Positions 18,893 through 29,951 of a stretch of DNA of 64,000 bases are shown one piece after another. The DNA is taken from the NCBI GenBank assembly GCA_051251855.1, contig JBPOGI010000001.1, positions 1,632,001 through 1,696,000 on the forward strand. Direction: 5' to 3'. The stretch comes from Roseibacillus sp. GTDB taxonomy: Bacteria; Verrucomicrobiota; Verrucomicrobiia; Verrucomicrobiales; Akkermansiaceae. A program made the position numbers and the translations under genes. Positions within the stretch are counted from its first letter, which is position 1, and the number at the start of each line of letters is the position of its first letter. The notes under the pieces are model-generated. The model had not been told where the DNA came from. It did not search any database and saw only the letters and a list, made by a program, of their open reading frames with translations.

Positions 18893-20881
18893 ATGAATCT
18901 GTTCTTCGTCCTGTTTTTTGGAACAGTGCTCACCGTATTGTCCAATCCATCTCCGGTGATAGTGACGACGTTTGAAGACGAAGACGATGGCGCGCTCTCT
19001 CTCACCCAACTCGAGGATATTTCCCTGCGCGAAGCCATCCTCTACTCCGAAGAAGGGGCGACCATCTCCTTTGCAGACGAATCCAGCGCAGGGCTGCCTC
19101 TTAACGCCATCATCACTCTCGAAAGTCCTCTCGTTATCGAACGCAGCCTCAACATCGACGCGTCCGCCCGCCAGAGCGGAATCATCATTGATGGACGTGG
19201 AAACGGAGACGACGCTCTTGATTTTGAGGAAGACCCGCAGTCAGTCGGGAGTTCAGTGACCTTTCACGAAAACCGTTGCTTGATGATTCTAGGAAATAGC
19301 GGGAACAAGCCAGAGGTCCTATTGGACAATCTGACGGTTCAAAATGGAACCGCCTTTCATTGCGGTGGTAATATTTTCGCCTATTTCACCAACCTTACCG
19401 TGAAAAACTGCTCAATTAAAGAGGGCCGCGCCTTGTCTCTACGCCTATTCTACGATCCAAATTTCCCATCGTCCCATCTCTCTTTTGACCGATATTATGG
19501 CGGAGGCGGGCTCTACTGCTATGGCTGCGATGTTGCCTTAGAAGATTCCGTTTTTGAAAGCAATCGCCTCAACGTTCATCAGGGAACATCCTTTCTTGAA
19601 AATCGAGATACCGACTTCAGTCATGTAGAGCCAAGGTTGGCTGGAGCAGGGGTTAATTTATCTAATAGCACCGTTCAAATGACCGGCTGTCGCATCATCT
19701 CCAATCATGCAGAGGGCACTTCGCTTGAACACTCTTCCGACCACATTTACGGAGGCGGGGTCGCCGTTCTCCGGAACTCTACTGCTACAATCGACCAATG
19801 CCTCGTTGAAGACAACTCATCCCACGGTAGTCAATCTGATGGCGGTGGAATCTTTACGAGCCAGAGCCAATTAACTCTGACAAACAGCTCAATCATTAAC
19901 AACCGCACGGAAGGAGGCTCTTCGGACGGAGCTGGCGTTCTTCTCACAGCCAATCGGGTTGGCCTCAACATTATCGAAAATTGCACCCTCGCCGACAACC
20001 ACAACGCAGACGCTCATGGCGGTGGCATTAGCTGCTGGAGTTCTCCCCTCCTTATTTCTCACTGTACAATAGTCGATAACTTTGCTCCCGAAGGCCATGG
20101 AGGAGGGGTCTTCGCGGCCTACACCGGTTCGTCTCGTGAGGTCTTCCTCCAAAATTCGATCGTCGCCGCAAACTCACAGCAACAAATTGCATTTTGGAAT
20201 GAAACCGAAAAAATTTCGAGCATAGGAGGCAATGTCTTTGGCTCAAATTTAGTGGAACCTGATAGCGGAATTCTAACTCTTTCACCCCTTGACCATCTAT
20301 CGGTAGCCGACCCCCTCCTTCTTCCTCTAGGACTTTATGGAGGCTTTGGCCCCACTCGCCCCCCAGCGCCGGTTTCCCCTGCCCTCAACGCCGGCGTTTT
20401 CTCATTAACCGCTCACGACCAACACCAGAATTCTCGCTTCCACGGATTTCCCGATAGCGGATCGGTCGAACATGTTTCGACCGAAGATTGGGACTCAGTG
20501 CGAGACGAAGATTGGGACGGAGATGGACTCAGTCTCAGCACCGAACTAGCGATCGGAAGCGATCCCTATTCCGCTGACAGCCTTTCGAGGTTATCCCCCT
20601 TCGATATGAGAGTCTCCGATGGCGAAGCGCTTTTTTCAGCCCCTTATTCTAACGAAGCGTTCCTCGGCACGCGCTGGCAAGTGAGCCGCTCCCCCGATCT
20701 CGTTGGCGAATTCGACCCCATATTCATCTACGAATACGGCACCGGTCTAATTCTAGGTGATTTTTCATCCTTTTTTAGGACCAGTGACGACCTGTTCCAA
20801 ATTGAAGATCCCAATCCTGCCGAAGAAAAAGCGTTCTATCGCCTCGAGGTAATTGACGCAGGCAATGCCCCCTCTGATTAG
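18893..20881 (+). CDS. Secreted right-handed beta-helix protein (CSLREA-like N-terminus, choice-of-anchor Q, DxDGDG motif, C-terminal domain)
   Basis: VTTFEDEDDG...ISLREAI, repeated GGG(I/V/L)...N motifs, DPLLLPLGLYGG..SPALNAG..DQ..DSGSVE, DWDGDGLS..ELAIGSDP. Confidence 0.8.
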   Translation: MNLFFVLFFGTVLTVLSNPSPVIVTTFEDEDDGALSLTQLEDISLREAILYSEEGATISFADESSAGLPLNAIITLESPLVIERSLNIDASARQSGIIIDGRGNGDDALDFEEDPQSVGSSVTFHENRCLMILGNSGNKPEVLLDNLTVQNGTAFHCGGNIFAYFTNLTVKNCSIKEGRALSLRLFYDPNFPSSHLSFDRYYGGGGLYCYGCDVALEDSVFESNRLNVHQGTSFLENRDTDFSHVEPRLAGAGVNLSNSTVQMTGCRIISNHAEGTSLEHSSDHIYGGGVAVLRNSTATIDQCLVEDNSSHGSQSDGGGIFTSQSQLTLTNSSIINNRTEGGSSDGAGVLLTANRVGLNIIENCTLADNHNADAHGGGISCWSSPLLISHCTIVDNFAPEGHGGGVFAAYTGSSREVFLQNSIVAANSQQQIAFWNETEKISSIGGNVFGSNLVEPDSGILTLSPLDHLSVADPLLLPLGLYGGFGPTRPPAPVSPALNAGVFSLTAHDQHQNSRFHGFPDSGSVEHVSTEDWDSVRDEDWDGDGLSLSTELAIGSDPYSADSLSRLSPFDMRVSDGEALFSAPYSNEAFLGTRWQVSRSPDLVGEFDPIFIYEYGTGLILGDFSSFFRTSDDLFQIEDPNPAEEKAFYRLEVIDAGNAPSD

Positions 20882-20998
20882 TGTTGTCCGTGTCGTGCGA
20901 TGCAATTCACCCAAACACATTGGGCGGACATGAATCAGTCCAAATAATTACATTCTCCTGACACATCACCTAGTTTCGGCATGCTATCGTTCAGCGTC

Positions 20999-21496
20999 AT
21001 GAAAAAGATACTCCTTACCTTATCCCTCCTCATTGCATCGCTTCAGCTGTCCTTTGCCGGAGGCAGCACCTCGCTTGTGAAACTCCATAAGATGACCTCG
21101 ATCAAGATCGAGGCAGAAAGAATCATCATTGTGGGTAGCGGCATGCTGCAAAAGCGGGTCATGAGCGATGCGGAACACGGCGATAGCACGGCCTTGGGTC
21201 AGCCGACCCAATGGCTTCACGCCAAAGTAACCGATTGTGATTTCGAGATCGTCCCCTACTTCACCCAAAGTGATACGGCGGAAGTTTCCGGGCCCGACTC
21301 CGAGAAAATCGCTCTGGAAATGAAGACGAAAAGTAAAGAGTGGTGGGCGGCAACTCTGGCGAGAGCAAAAAAGTTCAAGGTCGGCGATGCTATTTCAATC
21401 GGCTACCAGAGCGAAAAAATGACCCTCACGAACTTCTCTGTCACCAAAATCGTAGGTGCAGGTACCATCCAAACTCGCGAGGTTGAGAAGGAATAG
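20999..21496 (+). CDS. Secreted hypothetical protein
   Basis: MKKILLTLSLLIASLQLSFA signal peptide; TGnTATCGT 8 nt before the ATG. Confidence 0.65.
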   Translation: MKKILLTLSLLIASLQLSFAGGSTSLVKLHKMTSIKIEAERIIIVGSGMLQKRVMSDAEHGDSTALGQPTQWLHAKVTDCDFEIVPYFTQSDTAEVSGPDSEKIALEMKTKSKEWWAATLARAKKFKVGDAISIGYQSEKMTLTNFSVTKIVGAGTIQTREVEKE

Positions 21497-21601
21497 CTCT
21501 CCCAAATTTCATTTTAGGCGCCCAAGCCCCGTCCATTGATTTGCACTTTATTCGACGCAAAAAAATGGACCTTCGCGCGGTTCTCAGCCAAGTTCCCTCT
21601 G

Positions 21602-22888
21602 ATGTCAGTTGGACCCCTTTCTCAGAAGATTTTTGCCCGCGCTAAGACCCTGATCCCAGGTGGAGTCAATTCCCCCGTGCGTGCCTTTAAGAACGTCGAT
21701 GGCGACCCCTTCTTTGTGCGCCGCGCCAAGGGCTCTCGCATTGAGGACATCGACGGCAAGCACTACATCGATTACGTCGGTTCATGGGGCCCCAACATCC
21801 TCGGCCACGCGCCCATCCCCGTCACCAATGCTATTCACGAAGCAGCCAAAGACGGCGTCTCCTACGGCATTCCTCACGTCGGCGAAGTCGAGATGGCGCA
21901 AAAAATCGTCGATTGGGTTCCCTCCGTCGAGAAGGTTCGCATGACGAACTCCGGCACCGAAGCCACCATGTCTTGCGTGCGTCTCGCTCGCGGCTTCACG
22001 GGTCGAGACAAGATCATCAAGTTCGAAGGCCACTACCACGGCCATGTCGACTCCCTCCTCGTCGCGGCCGGTTCCGGAGCCCTTACCTTCGGCGAACCCG
22101 ATTCAGCAGGCATCCCCAAAAGCTTCGCAGCCGAAACCATCACCCTGCCCTACAACGACCCCGAACGACTCGAAGAAGCCTTTGCCAAATTCGGCGACCA
22201 AATCGCTGCCGTCATCACCGAGTCCTATCCTGCCAACGCCGGACTCATCTTTCCGCGCCCCGGCTTTCTCCAACTCATGCGCGACCTCACTACAAAGCAT
22301 GGCTCACTTCTTATCTTTGACGAAGTCATGACCGGCTTCCGCCTCGCAAAAGGTGGCGTGCAAGAACTCGAAAACTTCACCGCCGATCTCGTCGCAATGG
22401 GCAAAGTCATTGGCGGCGGCCTTCCTGTCGGAGCCTTTGGAGGCCGTGCCGACATCATGGAGCACCTCGCGCCCAACGGTCCCGTTTACCAAGCTGGCAC
22501 CCTCTCCGGAAACCCCCTCGCTATGGTCGCGGGACTCACCCAGCTCCGCGAACTCGAACATAACAGCGGCTACCGCAGACTCGACGAACTCGGAGGCCGC
22601 TTCGCCGATGGCCTTCGCAAAGTCCTCACCGAAAAAGGCATTCCCCACCGCCTCAACCAAGTCGGCTCCATGTTCTGTCTCTACTTCCTCGACGAAGACA
22701 TCATCAACGTCGATACCGTTACCAAACAAGACTTCGACATCTTTAAAAAGCTCTTCTGGTCCTGCCTCGACGAAGGCGTCTACCTCGCCCCCAGCCCCTA
22801 CGAAACCGGCTTCATCTCCATGGCCCATACCAACGACGACATCGACGAGACTCTCGAAGTCATCGAAAAAACGGTTTCGGGTTGGTAA
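21602..22888 (+). CDS. hemL: Glutamate-1-semialdehyde 2,1-aminomutase
   Basis: PGGVNSPVRAF, DYVGSWGP, NSGTEATM, FDEVMTGFR, GKVIGGGLPVG, YQAGTLSGNP. Confidence 0.96.
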   Translation: MSVGPLSQKIFARAKTLIPGGVNSPVRAFKNVDGDPFFVRRAKGSRIEDIDGKHYIDYVGSWGPNILGHAPIPVTNAIHEAAKDGVSYGIPHVGEVEMAQKIVDWVPSVEKVRMTNSGTEATMSCVRLARGFTGRDKIIKFEGHYHGHVDSLLVAAGSGALTFGEPDSAGIPKSFAAETITLPYNDPERLEEAFAKFGDQIAAVITESYPANAGLIFPRPGFLQLMRDLTTKHGSLLIFDEVMTGFRLAKGGVQELENFTADLVAMGKVIGGGLPVGAFGGRADIMEHLAPNGPVYQAGTLSGNPLAMVAGLTQLRELEHNSGYRRLDELGGRFADGLRKVLTEKGIPHRLNQVGSMFCLYFLDEDIINVDTVTKQDFDIFKKLFWSCLDEGVYLAPSPYETGFISMAHTNDDIDETLEVIEKTVSGW

Positions 22889-22913
22889 CCGAAAGGAGCG
22901 CTCAAGACTCCTT

Positions 22914-22992
22914 CACGGAGGGGCGGCCTTTACTGCCGCACACCACTGCAATCGTCCTACCAGCACCCAGCGGCAATAAAGGCCTCCGCTCC
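22914..22992. repeat. Inverted pair of REP-like repeats (copies 2 and 3) between convergent hemL and asnS
   Basis: 22917-22939 (GGAGGGGCGGCCTTTACTGCCGC) and 22970-22992 (GCGGCAATAAAGGCCTCCGCTCC) are inverted with 3 mismatches in 23 nt and a 30-nt spacer. Confidence 0.72.
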
Positions 22993-23041
22993 ATCAGGTC
23001 TACAACCCTGCTCTAAACGACCCCAGACCTACATCTTCCAG

Positions 23042-24406
23042 CTAAAACTCGCAATTCCCCGGCGTCCTTGGGAACGGGATCACGTCCCGAATGTTCGCCA
23101 CTCCCGTCACGAACATAATCAAGCGCTCGAACCCAAGGCCAAAACCAGCATGAGGAACCGAACCATACTTGCGTAGGTCCAGATACCATTCATAACCCTC
23201 GCTCAACCCTTCGGCATCCATCTCAGCCTTCAATAACTCATAGCGCTCTTCCCTCTGACTCCCGCCAATCAACTCCCCAATCCCGGGCACTAACAAGTCC
23301 ATGGCCGCGACCGTCTTACCATCCTCATTCTGACGCATATAGAACGGCTTAATCTCCTTAGGATAGTTGTAGACGGTCACCGGAGCCTTAAAGTGCTTCT
23401 CGGTCAAATAGCGTTCATGCTCACTTTGCAAATTCTCCCCCCAAGATACGGGATAATCGAAGGTCGCTCCGCTCTTCTCAAGAATTTCCACCGCTTCGGT
23501 ATAACTCACCCGCACAAACGGCTTCTCTAACACCTGTCTCAGTCTCGGCTCCAACTCCTTGTCCACGAACTTGGAAAAGAGCGCAAAATCCTCCGGCATC
23601 TCCTCAACGACCACCCGCACCATCTCGCGCACGAACTCTTCTGCCAGCGCCATATCGCCTTCTAAATCACAAAACGCCACCTCCGGCTCAATCATCCAAA
23701 ACTCCGCCGCATGCCTTGACGTATGCGAGTTCTCCGCCCGAAAGGTGGGCCCAAAGGTATAAATATTCGAGAGAGCACACGCAAAGGTCTCTCCCTCCAA
23801 CTGACCACTGACCGTCAAATAAGCCGCCTTCTCGAAAAAGTCCTCCTCTGGCTTCCCGCCGCCCTTCATGGGGTCATGTATCGTGGCTCGAAACATCTCT
23901 CCTGCTCCTTCGCAATCACTTGCCGTCAAAATCGGGGTATGCACATTCACAAAATCCCGCTCCGCGAAAAAGCGATGCACCGCCTGCGTCAACCCACTGC
24001 GCACCCGAAAAATCGCCCCATACAAATTCGCCCGCGGACGCAAATGAGCAATCTCCCGCATGAACTCTGCAGAATGCCGCTTCTTCTGCAGCGGATAATC
24101 CTCCGGAGCCTCACCCACCAGCGCAACCGTCGTCGCCCGCATCTCCCACGCCTGCCCTTTCGCTGGCGAAGCCACCAGATCTCCCGTCACCTGCACCGAA
24201 GCCCCCGTCAACATGCGCTTCACATCTTCCGACCCTGGAATCCCCTCATCCACCACCACCTGCAAGCTCCCCAGACAGGAACCATCGTTCACTTCTAGAA
24301 ACGAAAACCCCTTTGCATCCCGCCGTGTCCGCACCCATCCCGCCACCGTCACCCCAGACCGTTCTTCCGAACTTTCCAAAACCCGTCGAATCAACTCACG
24401 CTTCAT
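23042..24406 (-). CDS. asnS: Asparagine--tRNA ligase
   Basis: [58 protein letters not shown] at 24406. Confidence 0.96.
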   Translation of the reverse strand: MKRELIRRVLESSEERSGVTVAGWVRTRRDAKGFSFLEVNDGSCLGSLQVVVDEGIPGSEDVKRMLTGASVQVTGDLVASPAKGQAWEMRATTVALVGEAPEDYPLQKKRHSAEFMREIAHLRPRANLYGAIFRVRSGLTQAVHRFFAERDFVNVHTPILTASDCEGAGEMFRATIHDPMKGGGKPEEDFFEKAAYLTVSGQLEGETFACALSNIYTFGPTFRAENSHTSRHAAEFWMIEPEVAFCDLEGDMALAEEFVREMVRVVVEEMPEDFALFSKFVDKELEPRLRQVLEKPFVRVSYTEAVEILEKSGATFDYPVSWGENLQSEHERYLTEKHFKAPVTVYNYPKEIKPFYMRQNEDGKTVAAMDLLVPGIGELIGGSQREERYELLKAEMDAEGLSEGYEWYLDLRKYGSVPHAGFGLGFERLIMFVTGVANIRDVIPFPRTPGNCEF

Positions 24407-24560
24407 CGCCCACTTTTCGCGGAGAAAGACCTCAAACTCAAGCACTGCCTCTGACCGAACACACAAAAAGAACCTCGCGAGCGACCCTCCATTGAGCCTT
24501 GGCAAACTCGGAAGGTTTCTGATAACAGTCCTTAAAGAGCCTCTTCGAAGGCCGTAGTCC

Positions 24561-27500
24561 ATGATTGTTAGACAACTCCAGATTCTGCCCCTCCTTCTTC
24601 TGGCTCCCTACCTCCTTGGCGAAACACCTCTTTTTCAACTCGTTCCAGCGAGCGAATCGGGTATCGACCACCAAAACGAATGGAGCGCTCCCGCCGACGA
24701 CCCTTACAGTTTCAATTCCTATGCCCCTTTGAGCGGAGTGGCTTTGGCCGATATCGACCAGGACGGCGACCTCGACCTCTTTCTCGGCAACCAACAAGAA
24801 GGCGGAAATCTCTATCGCAACTTGGGCGGCTTTAAGTTCAAAAACGTCACCAAAGAGGTCGGCCTAAAGATTCATGGAAAATGGTCAACTGGGGTGACTT
24901 TTGCCGATGTCAATAACGACGGTTTTCCCGACCTCTACCTTTGCCGCTACAAGGAGCCCAACGCTCTTTTTCTCAATCAAGGCGACGGAACATTTCAAGA
25001 CGCTTCCGCCGCCTCAGGTCTCAACTTTCAGGGAGCCTCCACCATGGCCGCCTTTGCTGATTTTGACCGCGATGGTGACCTTGACTGCTACCTACTCACC
25101 AATCGTATCGCGGCCCCTGAAGGCCTGAAAGCCGACGCAACCACTGTCGACGGAAAGCTTACTCTACCCGAAGAAGCTCAGGAGTTCAAAAACATCGTCT
25201 ACGACAAGGATGGCCAGTATCACATTATCGAATCGGGACAGCGGGACTATCTCTTTCAAAATGATGGCAAAGGAGGGTTCACGGACATCACCAAGTCAGC
25301 CGGCCTCTACGACTCAACCGCACCAGGCCTTTCTGCCACGTGGTGGGATGCCAACAACGACTTCTGGCCTGACCTCTATGTCGCCAGTGACTTCTATCAA
25401 AGCGATCATCTGTGGCTCAACGACGAGGGAAAGCAATTCGTCGATCAGCACCGCCAACAAATGCCCCATCAGCCTTGGTTCTCGATGGGCTCTGACTTTG
25501 CTGACCTCAATGGAGACGGACACTTCGATTACATTGCCACTGATATGTCTCCCAGTTCTCACTTTCGCTCCAAGCTGACCATGGGCGACATGTCGGTAGA
25601 GTCTTGGTTCCTCGATTCATCCGACCCGCCCCAAATGATGCGCAATGCCGTCTATCTCAATGGCGGCAATGGTCATTTTATGGAAATGGCCCACCAGCTT
25701 GATTTGGATTCCACAGACTGGACTTGGGCGGTTCGTGCGACGGACCTCAATTGCGATGGCCATCAGGACCTCTTCTTCTCCACGGGAATGATCCGCGATA
25801 TTGAAAACAGTGACCTCAACATCGAGCTTCAAGCCCTTCTCTCCAAAATCCCCGCCTCCGACCGAGCGACTCGCACCAGAATCAGCGTTGACTTCTGGAA
25901 TAAGCTTCTGCCCCAAAAAGAACACAACTTCGCCTTTCGCAACACTGGCGACCTTGCCTTTGAAGACCAGACTCAAGCCTGGGGACTCGACGGCAAAGCA
26001 GTCAGCAGCGGAGTCGCCACCGGTGATCTCGATAACGACGGTGACCCCGACCTTATCGTCATGAACTTTCAGGAGGCTCCCTCCATTTATCGCAACAACA
26101 GCGAGAACGGGCGCCTCAAAGTCCGGCTTCAAGGTGAGACAAGTAATCGTGAAGGTATCGGCTCCCGCCTCATTCTCACTCGACCTGATGGCACCGAGGA
26201 CCACCGTTTTATTTCCCTCTCTCGCGGCTTCCTCTCATCCAGCGGACCGGAAGAGATTTTCGGACTAGGCAGTCAGAGTGGTGATTCGTCGCTGCGTGTC
26301 ATCTGGCCGTCGGGCAAAGAACAAACACTCACCAAAATCGCCCCCGGCTCCACCATCGAAGTTCGCGAACAAGAATCTGGACCAGCGACGACCAAGCCCG
26401 TCGTCCCCACCCCCTCCCCCCTCTTCTCCTCGAGTGATCTACTCTCCACCTTCGCTCATCGCGAAAACACCGACTACGACGAATTCCTCGCCGAACCCCT
26501 CCTTCCGCAGCGAGTCTCACAACTCGGTCCCGGCCTCGCGGTCGGCGACCTCAACCAAGATGGCTGGGACGACCTTCTGCTATCGGGTTCCTCTGGGCAT
26601 CACACTTTTCTCGCCTTCCTCACCCCCAACGGACTCGCTTCCATGGCTCCCTCGCAAGAGACCCTCAATAGCCTGCAGGAAACCGAAGTTCTCGCGCCCC
26701 TGCTCTTCGATGCTGACCGCGACGGCGACCTCGATCTCTTTCTCGCCGCCGGAGGCTCCGAAGCAAAGAACGGCGAACCGCCCCTGCAGGACCGCCTCCT
26801 CATCAACGTGGGCAAAGGCATTCTCAAGCCAGCCCCCACCGACGCCCTCCCCGACCTTCGTTTTAGCAGTGGTCCGGCCGCCGCTGCCGACTACGACCGC
26901 GATGGCGACCTCGACCTCTTTGTCGGAGGACGCATCAATCCGAGCAATTACCCAACCAGTCCACGATCGGCTCTCCTTCGCAACGACTCTGAGCCTCGAA
27001 AGCCCCTCTTTACTGACCTCACGAAAAAAGCCGGCCTCGAAAACCTTGGCATGGTCACTTCCGCTCTTTGGTCGGACGTCAACGATGACGGATGGCCCGA
27101 CCTCTTACTCGCTCTCGACTGGGGCTCCATCACTCTTTTCATCAACAACAAGGGAACTCTAGAAAACGCGACCGCCTCTTCAGGACTCGCTACCTACACG
27201 GGTTGGTTCAATAGTATTTCCGGTGGCGACATCGACCATGATGGCGACCTCGACTACGTTGTTGGCAACTTCGGCCGCAATACCAAATACCACCCCACTC
27301 CCGCCGCACCGACGCGCATTTACTACGGCGACTTCGATGACTCCGGCAAAGGCCAAATTGTGGAGGCGGCCATCAAGAAAGGCGAACTCCTCCCTATTCG
27401 AGGAAAAAGCTGCTCCCAAAACGCGATGCCTTTCCTCGAGAAAAAATTTCCTACCTACCAATCCTTCGCCGTTAAGGGCCTCACCGATATTTACTCCGAA

Positions 27501-28190
27501 GACAAACTCGCCACCTCCCTTACCTTCGAGGCCAACACCCTCGATTCACTCCTTCTCATCAATGACGGCAACGGAAAATTCACCATTCGCTCTTTGCCCA
27601 CCCTTGCTCAAGTCGCGCCCACCTTTGGAACCACCATTGCGGACCTCAATGGCGACACCCATCCCGACCTCGTTCTCGCCCAAAACTTCTACGGACCTCA
27701 GCGTGAGACCGGCCGCTTCGATGGCGGACTGAGCTTGCTCCTTCTTGGCGACGGCAGCGGAAATTTCAATCCCGTCTGGCCCAACGAAAGCGGCATCTCT
27801 GTCAAAGGCGACGCCACCGCCCTCGTCGTATCCGACTTCAACCAAGACCAAAAGCCCGACCTCGCCATCGCGACCAACAACGGCCCCACTCACACCTTTC
27901 TCAATCAGGAAAAGAGCAACACTTTCCGCACCCTGAAGCTGAAAGGGCCTCCGGGTAATCCCACCGCTGTCGGCAGTCGCGTCACCCTCCAATACGGCCT
28001 CAACGAGCAACGCATCTTCGAAGTCAGCTGCGGCGGCGGCTATCTTTCCCAATCCTCTGCGACCCACTTCATCGGTGAACCCGCCGACCTCAAGTTAAAC
28101 GGAATGAAAATTCGTTGGCCCAACGGCAAAACTCAATCGATCACGCCTCCCTCTTCCGGCCCAATCCTCGTGGAACAAGAATCTCCGTGA
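24561..28190 (+). CDS. Large secreted FG-GAP/VCBS-repeat protein with two ASPIC/UnbV domains (CRTAC1-like)
   Basis: Signal peptide; many D(I/L/F)(D/N)xDGxxD Ca-binding repeats; two ASPIC/UnbV-like segments (NREGIGSR...RGFLSSS...FGLG...WPSG and NPTAVGSR...GGGYLSQS...WPNG). Confidence 0.9.
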   Translation: MIVRQLQILPLLLLAPYLLGETPLFQLVPASESGIDHQNEWSAPADDPYSFNSYAPLSGVALADIDQDGDLDLFLGNQQEGGNLYRNLGGFKFKNVTKEVGLKIHGKWSTGVTFADVNNDGFPDLYLCRYKEPNALFLNQGDGTFQDASAASGLNFQGASTMAAFADFDRDGDLDCYLLTNRIAAPEGLKADATTVDGKLTLPEEAQEFKNIVYDKDGQYHIIESGQRDYLFQNDGKGGFTDITKSAGLYDSTAPGLSATWWDANNDFWPDLYVASDFYQSDHLWLNDEGKQFVDQHRQQMPHQPWFSMGSDFADLNGDGHFDYIATDMSPSSHFRSKLTMGDMSVESWFLDSSDPPQMMRNAVYLNGGNGHFMEMAHQLDLDSTDWTWAVRATDLNCDGHQDLFFSTGMIRDIENSDLNIELQALLSKIPASDRATRTRISVDFWNKLLPQKEHNFAFRNTGDLAFEDQTQAWGLDGKAVSSGVATGDLDNDGDPDLIVMNFQEAPSIYRNNSENGRLKVRLQGETSNREGIGSRLILTRPDGTEDHRFISLSRGFLSSSGPEEIFGLGSQSGDSSLRVIWPSGKEQTLTKIAPGSTIEVREQESGPATTKPVVPTPSPLFSSSDLLSTFAHRENTDYDEFLAEPLLPQRVSQLGPGLAVGDLNQDGWDDLLLSGSSGHHTFLAFLTPNGLASMAPSQETLNSLQETEVLAPLLFDADRDGDLDLFLAAGGSEAKNGEPPLQDRLLINVGKGILKPAPTDALPDLRFSSGPAAAADYDRDGDLDLFVGGRINPSNYPTSPRSALLRNDSEPRKPLFTDLTKKAGLENLGMVTSALWSDVNDDGWPDLLLALDWGSITLFINNKGTLENATASSGLATYTGWFNSISGGDIDHDGDLDYVVGNFGRNTKYHPTPAAPTRIYYGDFDDSGKGQIVEAAIKKGELLPIRGKSCSQNAMPFLEKKFPTYQSFAVKGLTDIYSEDKLATSLTFEANTLDSLLLINDGNGKFTIRSLPTLAQVAPTFGTTIADLNGDTHPDLVLAQNFYGPQRETGRFDGGLSLLLLGDGSGNFNPVWPNESGISVKGDATALVVSDFNQDQKPDLAIATNNGPTHTFLNQEKSNTFRTLKLKGPPGNPTAVGSRVTLQYGLNEQRIFEVSCGGGYLSQSSATHFIGEPADLKLNGMKIRWPNGKTQSITPPSSGPILVEQESP

Positions 28191-29800
28191 CCCTTCGCCT
28201 CCTTCTCCTCTCCTCCCTCTTTCTTCTCATCTCTTGCAAAGAGGCACCACCCAACACGGACTCAGAACGTCCCAACCGTGAAGCTATCCAAAAGCGACTC
28301 GTCACCCAAAAGCCATCACTCGCATTTGGTAATGACCGAGCTTCGCAACTCGTCAAAGCCCATTGCTCCCGCTGCCATCATCTTCCCGCTCCTACTACCT
28401 TCTCCCAACAAATCTGGGTGAATCAAATCCTGCCGGAGATGGGCTGCTACTTGGGTCTTCATCACCTCATTCCCCAATACGGCGACTATCTCGAGTCCGG
28501 CTCAACCCCGGAAGAGAAAAAGCTCTACGCTGAACGCAACCTTTACCCCTCCCAACCACTCATCTCCCAAGCGGACTGGGACCAAATTGTTCTTTGGTTC
28601 CTTCAAAACAGCCCCAAGGAGATGCCCGCCAGTAGCAATCCCATCTACCCTGAACTCCCCGCAGGAAAATTCGAAGTCTCTTTCATTGGACCACCCAACC
28701 CCACCCCGCAAACCACCTACCTTCAAATCGACTCCGCCAACGCCCGCTTTTTCGCATCCGACTCCTCGGATAACAGCCTCTCTCTCTATGACGCCTCGGG
28801 TCAGCTTCAAAAGCGCAACGCAAGCCTCGCCACCTTCACGGCAGGTCAACTTTCGGACAGCGGCTCTCCCTCCCATTTTCTCGCCGTAGGCACTCTCATC
28901 CCCAACGACCAAACCACCGGAGCCATTTTCACCGGTTCAGATTCCAACAACCCCACCGACCTCTCGCCTTCTCCCATCAAGAACCTCAAGCGTCCCGTCT
29001 CGGCCGTCTGGACCGACCTCGATAACGATGGTCGCGACGAAGTAGTGGTTGCCGAGTATGGCAACAAAACCGGCCAACTCTCCCTCTACCATGAAGACTC
29101 CTCTGGAAGCCTCACGAGGAGAACTCTCAACCAAACTTCGGGAAACGTCTCCGTCAAAAGCGCCGACATGAACCAAGACGGATGGCAAGACATCATCGTC
29201 TTACGCGCTCAAGAATTGGAAGAAGTGGTCATCTACTACAATTTAGGTGATCTCAAATTCGCAGCCTCAACCGTCCTCAAATTTCATGCCGCCTGGGGAA
29301 GCAACGGGCTCGAACTTGCCGACCTCAACAACGATGGCCATCTCGACCTTCTTCTCGCCAACGGAGACAACGCCGACCTCACTCCCGTCCTCAAAAATTA
29401 CCACGGACTTCATCTCTACCTCAATGACGGCAAAGGCCGTTTCACTCTCAACCAATCCTTCCCCATCCACGGTTGCTACGGTGTCCGAGCCTTTGATGCC
29501 GACCTCGATGGCGACCTTGACCTCATCGCCTTCTCCTCCTTTGCAGATTTCGCAAACGACCAAGCGTCCGTCATCTTCTTCGAACATCAGGACGCACTTT
29601 CGTTTCAACCCTATCGCATTCCGCAATCAACTCAGTCGCGTTGGATCGTGATGGATTGCGGCGACTTGGATAACGATGGGGACGCCGACGTCGTCTTCGG
29701 AGCAAACCTTCCAGGCCCTTCCCCAATCCCCTCAACGCTCCTCGAAAGAGGCAGAGTTTTGCCCGGTCCTTTTCTTCTCCTGCGCAACCTTGCTCAGTGA
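28187..29800 (+). CDS. Lipoprotein: mono-heme cytochrome c domain plus FG-GAP repeats
   Basis: GTGA overlap with the upstream gene, lipobox LISC, CSRCH heme-binding motif with downstream LPEMG, and DLDNDGRDE/DMNQDGWQD/DLNNDGHLD/DLDGDLD repeats. Confidence 0.85.
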   Translation: MTLRLLLLSSLFLLISCKEAPPNTDSERPNREAIQKRLVTQKPSLAFGNDRASQLVKAHCSRCHHLPAPTTFSQQIWVNQILPEMGCYLGLHHLIPQYGDYLESGSTPEEKKLYAERNLYPSQPLISQADWDQIVLWFLQNSPKEMPASSNPIYPELPAGKFEVSFIGPPNPTPQTTYLQIDSANARFFASDSSDNSLSLYDASGQLQKRNASLATFTAGQLSDSGSPSHFLAVGTLIPNDQTTGAIFTGSDSNNPTDLSPSPIKNLKRPVSAVWTDLDNDGRDEVVVAEYGNKTGQLSLYHEDSSGSLTRRTLNQTSGNVSVKSADMNQDGWQDIIVLRAQELEEVVIYYNLGDLKFAASTVLKFHAAWGSNGLELADLNNDGHLDLLLANGDNADLTPVLKNYHGLHLYLNDGKGRFTLNQSFPIHGCYGVRAFDADLDGDLDLIAFSSFADFANDQASVIFFEHQDALSFQPYRIPQSTQSRWIVMDCGDLDNDGDADVVFGANLPGPSPIPSTLLERGRVLPGPFLLLRNLAQ

Positions 29801-29858
29801 CTTTCAATTTTTTGTCGAAAAGTTTGCACAAAAACCTTCCTTCAAGACATGCAAAATT

Positions 29859-29872
29859 TAAAGATATCTTTA
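29859..29872. promoter_or_regulatory. Perfect 14-bp palindrome, candidate operator
   Basis: TAAAGATATCTTTA about 80 nt upstream of ATG 29952. Confidence 0.45.
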
Positions 29873-29951
29873 TATCGACAAGCTCTCTCTGATTTCTAGA
29901 ATCTTGTTAATCGACCCTATTTTTGGTCGGAAAATCGGCAATAAAACCTCT

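Noticed and set aside
24561..29800. Recurrent GAYGGCGACCTCGAY-like DNA repeats suggesting a CRISPR or tandem array
   Set aside because: They are in-frame codons for FG-GAP DxDGDxD motifs, irregularly spaced and degenerate; no cas genes are present.
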